Shown here: positions 1-7,511 of the stretch, piece after piece
Layout: each line of letters starts with the position of its first letter
Numbering within the stretch: position 1 is the first letter of the stretch
Origin: Wenzhouxiangella sp.
Lineage (GTDB): Bacteria; Pseudomonadota; Gammaproteobacteria; Xanthomonadales; Wenzhouxiangellaceae
NCBI GenBank assembly: GCA_041685745.1
Contig: JAWLFD010000001.1
Coordinates: 1-37,615, forward strand
Direction: 5' to 3'
DNA length: 37,615 nucleotides
Notes under the pieces: generated by a model
Databases searched by the model: none
What the model saw: the letters and a program-made list of their open reading frames with translations, nothing else
What the model was told of the DNA's origin: nothing
Translations under genes and position numbers: made by a program

Positions 1-1
1 G

Positions 2-1630
2 ATGTTCATCTTCTTTCTGCTGCTTGGCCGCTACGCGGTCCTGGTCGCGCGCCAGAATGCCGGCCAGCTGCAGTCGGCGCTGGCCCGCTCGCTGCCGGTA
101 CAGACCCGGCGCCTGACGCCCGACGGCAGCGAACTGGTCGCTCTGATCGAACTGGCTGCGGGTGACCGCGTTCAGCTCGGCGCCGGCGAAACCGTGCCGG
201 CCGACGGCCGGATCGAGACCGGAACGGTGATGGTCGATGAGTCGTTGCTGTCGGGCGAGTCGATCCCGCGCCGGCGGGGTCCCGGTGACCGCGTGCTGGC
301 CGGCAGCCTGGTGCGCGAGGGCCATCTGACGCTCGCGATCGACGAGCTGGGACAGTCCACGGTGCTGTCGGGCATCGTGCATCTGCTCGATCAGGCGCGG
401 ACCTTCAAGCCGCGCATGGCCCGGATGGCCGATCGCCTGGCGTCCTGGTTCGTGGCCTTCGTGCTGACCGGTGCGACCCTGTCGGGCATCATCTGGTGGC
501 AGATCGACCCGACCATGGCATTGCCGGTGGTGCTGTCCGTGCTGGTCGTGTCCTGCCCCTGTGCGCTCGCCCTGGGTACGCCGGTAGCGCTCGCGGCGGC
601 CGCGCGCGGGTTCGCCCGCCTGGGGGTGCTGATCAGTCGGCCCGACAGCCTGGAACTGCTGCCCGGCATCACCCACGTGGTGTTCGACAAGACCGGCACC
701 CTGACGCTTCCGGACATGCGCCTGGCCGCAATCCGCCGGGTCGGATCAACCGCACCGGAGCAGGCCCGGCTGCTCGCCGGACGCCTGGAGCGCATCAGCC
801 GCCATCCCGTCGCCACCGCCTTTTCCCTGTTCGATGACGGAGCGCCGGTCGAGCATGCCGAGAGCGTCACCGCGGCCGGCGTTGCCGGTCGCATCGATGG
901 AATCGACTACCGCCTGGGCAAACCGGCCTTCGTTGCGGACTGGCTGGGCGAAGTCCCGGAAGAGCCGGGTCCGGGCCAGTGGATTGCCCTGGCCCGACCG
1001 GACGCCTTGCTGGCCTGGTTCCGCGTTGACAGCCCGCTGCGCGAGGGCGCCCGGGAATTGATCGCCGCGCTCAACGACCGCGGCCTGAAAGTCTTTCTGG
1101 CCTCGGGAGATCGGGCCGAGAACGTAGCGACCGTGGCCGCCAGTCTGGGCATCGAACAGGCCCGGGCCGAGTGCTCGCCGGCCGACAAGCTGGAACTCGT
1201 GCGCCGGCTGCAGGCAGCCGGCGCCCGGGTCGCCATGGTCGGCGACGGCATCAACGACGCGCCCGTGCTGGCCGGTGCCGACATTTCGCTGGCGCTGGCC
1301 GAGGGCGCCGACATTGCCCGCACCCAGGCTGACCTGGTCGTGACCGGCCGTGATCTGAGTCGGGTCGGCGCCGCTTTCGACCTGGCTCCGCGCGTGCGCC
1401 GCATCGTGCGCCAGAACCTCGCCTGGGCGTTTGCCTACAACATCACCGCGCTGCCGTTCGCCGCGGCCGGTTTCGTGCCACCGTGGCTGGCGGCCATCGG
1501 CATGTCCACCTCCAGCCTGCTCGTGGTGCTGAACGGCCAGCGCCTTTCCCGCCGCAAGCCGGCGCGCGGGGTCGCGCCCGGGGCCGCGCCGCCCCATCCG
1601 GTCACGTCCACGCCGGCCGAAAACCTGTGA
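2..1630 (+). CDS. ccoI: Heavy-metal (Cu+) P1B-type ATPase, cbb3 oxidase maturation CcoI/FixI; 5' end lies outside the window
   Basis: CPC in TM, DKTGT phosphorylation motif, SGES actuator, HP, GDGIND hinge, YN and MSTSS Cu+ ligands; ccoS follows immediately; frame open to the window edge. Confidence 0.9.
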   Translation: MFIFFLLLGRYAVLVARQNAGQLQSALARSLPVQTRRLTPDGSELVALIELAAGDRVQLGAGETVPADGRIETGTVMVDESLLSGESIPRRRGPGDRVLAGSLVREGHLTLAIDELGQSTVLSGIVHLLDQARTFKPRMARMADRLASWFVAFVLTGATLSGIIWWQIDPTMALPVVLSVLVVSCPCALALGTPVALAAAARGFARLGVLISRPDSLELLPGITHVVFDKTGTLTLPDMRLAAIRRVGSTAPEQARLLAGRLERISRHPVATAFSLFDDGAPVEHAESVTAAGVAGRIDGIDYRLGKPAFVADWLGEVPEEPGPGQWIALARPDALLAWFRVDSPLREGARELIAALNDRGLKVFLASGDRAENVATVAASLGIEQARAECSPADKLELVRRLQAAGARVAMVGDGINDAPVLAGADISLALAEGADIARTQADLVVTGRDLSRVGAAFDLAPRVRRIVRQNLAWAFAYNITALPFAAAGFVPPWLAAIGMSTSSLLVVLNGQRLSRRKPARGVAPGAAPPHPVTSTPAENL

Positions 1631-1812
1631 ACATCATTTATGTTCTGGTGCCGCTGTCGGTGGTGCTGATGGTGCTGGCCATCGGCTTTTTCTTCTGGGC
1701 GGTCAAGAACGACCAGTTCGATGATCTCGACACCCCCGCCCTGGACGTGCTCGACGAGGACGAGCCGGCCCGGCCGGACGCAGACAAGGACCGGAGCGAG
1801 TCGGAGTGCTGA
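1627..1812 (+). CDS. ccoS: cbb3-type cytochrome oxidase assembly protein CcoS/FixS (61 aa)
   Basis: GTG start overlaps the ccoI stop (GTGA at 1627-1630); MNIIYVLVPLSVVLMVLAIGFFFWAVKNDQFDDLD is the typical TM helix plus WAV..QFDDL motif. The ORF track over-extends it to 1483. Confidence 0.92.
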   Translation: MNIIYVLVPLSVVLMVLAIGFFFWAVKNDQFDDLDTPALDVLDEDEPARPDADKDRSESEC

Positions 1813-1861
1813 AGCGGGTGGCTGCTCACGCAACCGGCCGCGTCGGCCGCCGGGGGTGCCC

Positions 1862-2581
1862 GTGACCCCCGAAGCCGCCCTGCTGGCCGGTTTCCTGGCC
1901 GGCCTGTTCGGGTCGACCCACTGCCTGGGAATGTGCGGCGGGATCGCCGGCCTGCTCCATGCCCAGCTGCCCGCCGATCGGCCCGGGCTGGCGACCGGCT
2001 TTCACCTCGGTCGCATCACCAGCTATCTCGCCATCGCGCTGATCGCCACAGCCATCGGGCTGCTGCCGAGCACCCTGCTACCGGAGCGGGCACCGACCGT
2101 CATGCGCTTTCTGCTCGGCGGTCTGCTGGTCGTGATGGCACTCTATATCGCCCTGCCCGGCCGCTTCCGCGACCGCGCCGGCGAGCTGGCCGCGCCGCTG
2201 ACGCGAAAACTGATTCCGCTGCTGGGCCGTTTCCTGCCGGTGAAATCGCTGGACAATGCGCTGGGTCTGGGGCTGCTGTGGGGCCTGCTGCCCTGCGGGC
2301 TGCTCTACTCGGTGGTCGCCGCCGCCGTGCTGCTGGCCGACCCGCTGGCCACCACCGCCATGGTCGTCGCCTTCGGCCTGGGGACCGTGCCGCTGCTGCT
2401 GGGAACCGGCCTGGCTGCGCTCAAGGCGCGCTCGGCGGTCAACCGCCGCAGCCTGCGCTACCTGGCCGCCAGCCTGATGGCTCTGACCGGCCTGCTGGTC
2501 GCCGTTGGGCCCTGGCTGGCCCATCACATCGACCACCCGTGGATGCATTTCGTGGCCGACTGCGTCACCCCGCACACCTGA
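1862..2581 (+). CDS. Sulfite exporter TauE/SafE-like (DsbD_2) membrane protein of the cco maturation cluster
   Basis: HCLGMCG and LPCG motifs, about 6 TM segments, usual position after ccoS; GTG start at 1862 (or 1856) is inferred. Confidence 0.85.
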   Translation: MTPEAALLAGFLAGLFGSTHCLGMCGGIAGLLHAQLPADRPGLATGFHLGRITSYLAIALIATAIGLLPSTLLPERAPTVMRFLLGGLLVVMALYIALPGRFRDRAGELAAPLTRKLIPLLGRFLPVKSLDNALGLGLLWGLLPCGLLYSVVAAAVLLADPLATTAMVVAFGLGTVPLLLGTGLAALKARSAVNRRSLRYLAASLMALTGLLVAVGPWLAHHIDHPWMHFVADCVTPHT

Positions 2582-2594
2582 ATCCGTCCAGAGA

Positions 2595-5099
2595 CTACTG
2601 CTCCGGCGCGGTTTCCGGATACAGGTGGTGCCACCACTGCGGCTCGTCCTTGAGCCACTTGTCGAACCAGGCCAGCATGGTGTCCCACCAGATGTAGCGC
2701 TGCTCGCGGTCGACGATCCAGTGGTCCTGGCCGGGGAACTCGACCAACTCGACCTCGCGATCGAGCAGCTTGAGCGCGGTGAACATGTTGTGGCTCTCGC
2801 CGGGGGGAACGTTGGTGTCGGAATCTCCCGTGACCAGAAGCAGCGGCGTGGTGATCTTGTCGGCCGAATAGACCGGGCTCTGGCCGACGTAGAGTTCCGG
2901 GTTGTTCCACGGGAACGAGCCGCGGCTGGCAATGCCGGAGTAGCCGTAGCCCCACCAGCCCTGGCCCCAGTAGGAAGTCAGCGCGCTGATCCCGGCGTGC
3001 GAGATCGAGGCGGCATACATATCGGTGAGGGTGGCCAGGTGCATGGTCATGAAGCCGCCGTAGCTGGCGCCGATATTACCGATGCGCTCACCGTCGATGA
3101 ACGGGTGGGCGGCGACGAATTTTTCCGTGCCCTCGATGATGTCATCGGCGGTATGGCGGCCCCAGGCATTGACGTGCAGGGCCGAAAAATCCTGGCCGTA
3201 GCCGATCGTGCCGCGCGGCTGGAGCACGTAGACCACGTAGCCCTTGGCCGCCCACAGCTGGAACGGATAGCGGCCGGTGAACTGGCGATTGACCGGCGTG
3301 GTACCGCCGTAGTAATAGACGATCAGCGGATAGGCCTGCTCGGGGTCGAAGTCCGGCGGCAGATAGTAGCGGCCTTCGATCGGGTCACCGCTCTGATTGG
3401 TGAACGTCCAGGGACGGACCTCGCTCAAGCGCACGCCCTGGTACTCGGTCAGGCGGGTATCGACCAGGACCTCGGACCGGTTGGTGGCCGGGTCGAGGCG
3501 ATGGATGCGCTGCGGGGCGTCGGCGTCGGTTCCGCGCACGACCACGACCGGCGATGCTTGCTCGCTGGCCACGAACTGCTCCATGACCTCCAGCCCGGTA
3601 TCGATCCGTCGGAAGTTCTCCGACTCCCGATCGAAATGCACAAGCGCAACCTCCTCGCCCCAGGTCGCCGACAGCAGCAGGTCGCCCGAGGCCAGGCGAT
3701 GGACACCGCCGAAGGACGGGGCGAAATCGCGGCTGAGGCTGCGCGCTGTCTCGCCGTCGGCACTCAGGGCATAGAGCTGGGTGTCGTACTCGTTGGGGAC
3801 CAGTTCTTCGTCGGTGGTCGCGCCGTCGCCCTGGGCCAGACCCGGTCCGGCCAGCAGCCAGTAGCCTTCTTCGGCAAACAGGGCGGCGTTGATCTGGCGA
3901 TATTGCCCGACCTCGCTGGTCTCCAGCGACGGCAATGTGAGGGTGTAGAGGCGAAACAGGCTGTGCGGGGGTTCGCCGTAGTCAATGATGCGCTCCGACA
4001 GCAGCAGCCGTTCGCCGTCCGGATGAACGTCGAGCAGATTGACCGTGGTCGATCCGGCCGTCAGCGGCCGGATCAGGCCGCTTTCGGCATCCACCTGAAA
4101 CAGCTGGCTGTTGTCGCGGAAGGTCGCCCAGCGATCCTCCAGCGAGCGCAGCCGGCGGCGCTGGTCGTTGTCGGACTCGAACGGCTCGGTCCAGACAAAC
4201 AGGATGGAATTGCCGTCAGGATGCCAGCGCCAGGCGCCGATATGCTCGTGCCCGGCCAGCAGCAGGCGCGCCCGCCCGCTGTCGAGGTCGTGCAGCCAGA
4301 GATTGTCCCCTTCGTGGACGGCGAGCCGGTCCGAATCCGGGCTCCAGGCCACGCTGCGCGGGGGTTCGCTGGTCCACTGGCGCACGATGCGGTTGTCGTC
4401 CAGGGTCCGGATTTCGAGCCTGGACAGGTCGAGGTCGGCCGTATCGCTGCGCGCGCCGAAGGTCATCGCCAGACGCCGCCCGTCGGGGGAAATGGCCAGT
4501 TCGTTGACGGTTTCGGCGTTGGTCAGCAGGCGCGCCGAGACCTTCAGCCGCGGCTCGATGTGAAAATCGACGCGGTCGACGTCGGTGCGCCCGTTCCACT
4601 GCAGGCCGGGCGCCGCCTCGTCGTCGGCGCCATGGTGGACCAGCCACAGGGTGTGGGTGCCCGCGGCAAGATCCAGTTCGACCTGGCCGTCTTTCGGCGC
4701 GTGGGCTTGACCGTCCAGCCAGACTTCGGGCGCTGCCAGGCCGGAAACCGCCAAATGCCCGCGCACGAAGCGCTGCGCGTCCAGATGAACCATCCAGACC
4801 GCGGGACCGGCATCGGTCCGGATTGCCGCGGGTGACTGCGCCTGCCAGGTCAGCTGCTGGCCGAAAATACGGATCTGCGCCTGCGCTGCCGGCGGCGCCG
4901 ACTCACTGAGCTGCATGATCAAGGCTCGGCGGATGTCGTCGGCCTTGGCGCTGTCGGCCAACTGCTCGGCGGCTATCGGCAGCGGATCAAGCGCCAGCAC
5001 CGTCTCGATTTCGGCCCGTTCGTCGGCCCGGGCTGGCCCGACCGCCAGCAGCAGGCTGGCCAGGAAGAGGAACATCGGATGGAGCCGGAACTGATTCAT
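2595..5099 (-). CDS. Secreted S9 family (prolyl oligopeptidase/acylaminoacyl peptidase-like) serine peptidase
   Basis: Signal peptide ending ARA-D; beta-propeller repeats (ISPDG, WSPDS, WHPDG); catalytic GASYG, DTNVP and DHW; start uncertain (ATG 5099, TTG 5111 or a later ATG). Confidence 0.9.
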   Translation of the reverse strand: MNQFRLHPMFLFLASLLLAVGPARADERAEIETVLALDPLPIAAEQLADSAKADDIRRALIMQLSESAPPAAQAQIRIFGQQLTWQAQSPAAIRTDAGPAVWMVHLDAQRFVRGHLAVSGLAAPEVWLDGQAHAPKDGQVELDLAAGTHTLWLVHHGADDEAAPGLQWNGRTDVDRVDFHIEPRLKVSARLLTNAETVNELAISPDGRRLAMTFGARSDTADLDLSRLEIRTLDDNRIVRQWTSEPPRSVAWSPDSDRLAVHEGDNLWLHDLDSGRARLLLAGHEHIGAWRWHPDGNSILFVWTEPFESDNDQRRRLRSLEDRWATFRDNSQLFQVDAESGLIRPLTAGSTTVNLLDVHPDGERLLLSERIIDYGEPPHSLFRLYTLTLPSLETSEVGQYRQINAALFAEEGYWLLAGPGLAQGDGATTDEELVPNEYDTQLYALSADGETARSLSRDFAPSFGGVHRLASGDLLLSATWGEEVALVHFDRESENFRRIDTGLEVMEQFVASEQASPVVVVRGTDADAPQRIHRLDPATNRSEVLVDTRLTEYQGVRLSEVRPWTFTNQSGDPIEGRYYLPPDFDPEQAYPLIVYYYGGTTPVNRQFTGRYPFQLWAAKGYVVYVLQPRGTIGYGQDFSALHVNAWGRHTADDIIEGTEKFVAAHPFIDGERIGNIGASYGGFMTMHLATLTDMYAASISHAGISALTSYWGQGWWGYGYSGIASRGSFPWNNPELYVGQSPVYSADKITTPLLLVTGDSDTNVPPGESHNMFTALKLLDREVELVEFPGQDHWIVDREQRYIWWDTMLAWFDKWLKDEPQWWHHLYPETAPEQ

Positions 5100-5159
5100 G
5101 AGCAGATTCAAAGCAGGGCTGATCGGGAGAATGTCAATTTATCAGAACGCTCCGAACTT

Positions 5160-5201
5160 TTGATACGCATCAATTCCCCTCGCCCTGCGCAACGGTAAGC
5201 T
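5160..5201 (+). promoter_or_regulatory. Perfect FNR/Anr box with class II promoter for hemN
   Basis: TTGAT-ACGC-ATCAA at 5160-5173 equals the TTGAT-N4-ATCAA consensus; TAAGCT -10-like hexamer at 5196-5201 places the box centre at about -41.5. Confidence 0.9.
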
Positions 5202-5243
5202 TTCAACTCGAATAATAGGCCGTCCTGCCCAGGAAGCGACAGC

Positions 5244-6641
5244 ATGTCCGAGCTCATTCGCCCCACTTTCGACGTGGACCTGATCGACCGCTACGGCGGC
5301 GAAGGACCGCGCTATACCTCCTATCCGACCGCCGTGCAGTTCAGTGACCGCTTCGGTCCCGAGGATTTCCTGACCGCCATCGACGAGAGCAACCGACTGC
5401 CGATTCCGGCCGATCTTTCGTTGTATGTCCACGTGCCGTTTTGTTCCAGCCCCTGCTTTTACTGCGGCTGCAACCGGGTGATCACGCGCTCGGCGACCGC
5501 CGGCGATGACTTCCTGGCCACGCTGGGCCGCGAGATGGACCTGATCGCGCCGCGCTTCGACGCCGACCGCAAGGTCCGCCAGCTGCACCTCGGCGGGGGC
5601 ACGCCGACGTTCCTGACCGTCGATCAGCTGGCCCGCCTGATGGACATGTTGCGCGCCCGCTTCACGTTCGCCGACGACGGCGAGCTGGGCCTGGAGGTCG
5701 ATCCGCGCACCATCGATCCGTCCGGCATCAAACGCCTTCGGGAAATCGGCTTCAATCGAATTTCCATCGGCGTCCAGGACCTCGATCCGGCGGTTCAGGA
5801 AGCCGTCAACCGGATTCACGACACGGCCACCGTCAGCGCCACGATCGGCGCGGCGCGGGCGGTGGGCTTCGAATCGATCAGCGTTGATCTGATCTACGGC
5901 CTGCCGCTGCAGACAACCACCGGATTCGCGCAAACCGTGGAGACCATGATCAGCCTGAAGCCGGATCGTCTCTCGCTGTTCAACTATGCCCACCTGCCAC
6001 ACTTGTTCAAGGGCCAGAACCGGATCAAGACCGAGCAGTTGCCCAATCCGACCACCAAGCTGGCGATCTTCCGCAATGCGCTGAGCCGACTGCTCGATTC
6101 GGGTTACGAGTTCATCGGCATGGATCATTTCGCATTGCCGGGCGACTCAATGGTCAAGGCCCGGGCCAACGGCACGCTGGTGCGCAATTTCCAGGGCTAT
6201 TCGACCCACGGCGGCCTCGACCTGGTCAGCTTCGGCCCCAGCGCCATCAGCCAGGTCGGCGACAGCTTCGCCCAGAATCATCGCAAGCTGCCCGACTGGA
6301 GAATCGCGATCGAGGAAGACGGACATCCAGCGACCTGCCGGGGCTTGACCCGGACCACGGATGACCGCGTCCGGGCCGAGATCATCGAACGCATCATGTG
6401 CACAGGTACCCTGGTCTACGCCGACCTGGAGCGGTTTTTCCAGCTTTCCTTCCGCAGCTACTTCAGCGGCGAACTGCAGCGCCTGGCGCCACTGGCCGAC
6501 GACGGTTTGATCGAGTGGCGCAAGGATGGCTTCACGGTCACGGCCGCCGGCATGATGTTCCTGCGCGCCATCGCCAAGGTTTTCGATGCCTACCTGGTGC
6601 CGAATCGGCAGCAGCAGGGCCGCTTCTCGCGCATCGTCTGA
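5244..6641 (+). CDS. hemN: Oxygen-independent coproporphyrinogen III oxidase (radical SAM)
   Basis: GPRYTSYP, YVHVPFCSSPCFYCGC (CxxxCxxC), GGGTP, GMDHF, RNFQGY, C-terminal FSRIV; AGGA RBS. Confidence 0.97.
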   Translation: MSELIRPTFDVDLIDRYGGEGPRYTSYPTAVQFSDRFGPEDFLTAIDESNRLPIPADLSLYVHVPFCSSPCFYCGCNRVITRSATAGDDFLATLGREMDLIAPRFDADRKVRQLHLGGGTPTFLTVDQLARLMDMLRARFTFADDGELGLEVDPRTIDPSGIKRLREIGFNRISIGVQDLDPAVQEAVNRIHDTATVSATIGAARAVGFESISVDLIYGLPLQTTTGFAQTVETMISLKPDRLSLFNYAHLPHLFKGQNRIKTEQLPNPTTKLAIFRNALSRLLDSGYEFIGMDHFALPGDSMVKARANGTLVRNFQGYSTHGGLDLVSFGPSAISQVGDSFAQNHRKLPDWRIAIEEDGHPATCRGLTRTTDDRVRAEIIERIMCTGTLVYADLERFFQLSFRSYFSGELQRLAPLADDGLIEWRKDGFTVTAAGMMFLRAIAKVFDAYLVPNRQQQGRFSRIV

Positions 6642-6669
6642 ATTTCGGCCTGCAAATCACCCCAATTGA

Positions 6670-6697
6670 TTGGCAGACCATGGTCTGCTGATATAAT
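6670..6697 (+). promoter_or_regulatory. Sigma70-type promoter of fnr with extended -10
   Basis: TTGGCA (6670-6675), 16 nt, then TATAAT (6692-6697) preceded by TGn (6689-6691), in an AT-richer intergenic region. Confidence 0.7.
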
Positions 6698-6727
6698 CTG
6701 CCTCCATTGATTGTCAGGAGGCGGCGT

Positions 6728-7489
6728 GTGAGCGACAAGCCGAGCATCTCGGAAATCGGCCAGAAGGAGACGTCTTGCGAAGACTGCTCCCTGTTCAACC
6801 TCTGTTTCGCACACGACATCTCCGCCGACGAGCGCGAAGAAATCAACCGCGTTCTCAGGCGCCAGCAGCCGGTCGAACGCAGCGATCACCTGTTCCATGG
6901 CGGGCAATCGGCCAGGACCGTCTCGGTGGTGCGCTCCGGCTCGGTCAAGGCCTATCAGCTTTCCCACGAAGGCGACGAAATCGTCTCAGGCTTCTACCTT
7001 CCCGGTGAAATCCTGGGCCTGGATGCCCTGTCCAACGAAAAGCATCCCGGCTTTGCCGTCGCCCTCGAGGACAGCCGCACCTGCGAAATTCCGTTCAAGG
7101 ATTTCGTCTCCATGCTGCAGTCCAGTCCCAAGCTCAACCAGGTCATGCTCCGCCTGCTGTCGGAGGAAATGGCCGAAACCCGCGAACTGCTGCTGGTGGT
7201 CGGACGCCTGGACGCAAGAACCCGGGTGGCGCTGTTCCTGATGAGCATGTCCAGGCGTCTGGCGCGGCGCAATCAGGATCCGGACCAGTTCCGGCTGACC
7301 ATGGACAGACGGGACATCGCCAACTATCTCGGCCTGACCATCGAGACCGTTTCGCGCACGCTCAGCGCGCTGCAGCGCGAAGATGTCATCGAGGTCCGCG
7401 GCAAGCTGGTGCGCGTTCTCGACCGATCCGCGCTGGAAGAAATGGCCATGCGGGTCGATGAAGGCAGCCGGCGCCAGGCCACCGGCTGA
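6728..7489 (+). CDS. fnr: FNR/Anr oxygen-sensing Crp-family transcription regulator
   Basis: AGGAGG RBS (6716-6721) then GTG; N-terminal CxxCx5C plus central Cys (RTCEIP) as [4Fe-4S] ligands; HTH DIANYLGLTIETVSR; follows hemN. Confidence 0.93.
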   Translation: MSDKPSISEIGQKETSCEDCSLFNLCFAHDISADEREEINRVLRRQQPVERSDHLFHGGQSARTVSVVRSGSVKAYQLSHEGDEIVSGFYLPGEILGLDALSNEKHPGFAVALEDSRTCEIPFKDFVSMLQSSPKLNQVMLRLLSEEMAETRELLLVVGRLDARTRVALFLMSMSRRLARRNQDPDQFRLTMDRRDIANYLGLTIETVSRTLSALQREDVIEVRGKLVRVLDRSALEEMAMRVDEGSRRQATG

Positions 7490-7511
7490 CCAGGCCTTCT
7501 CTCTCCGACGC

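Noticed and set aside
2505-4835. 776-aa plus-strand ORF opposite the S9 peptidase
   Set aside because: Antisense shadow ORF typical of high-GC codon usage; no recognisable motifs, while the opposite strand has a clear family
5110-5137. Perfect TTGACA on the minus strand upstream of the S9 peptidase
   Set aside because: No acceptable -10 at 16-18 nt spacing, so a promoter cannot be supported
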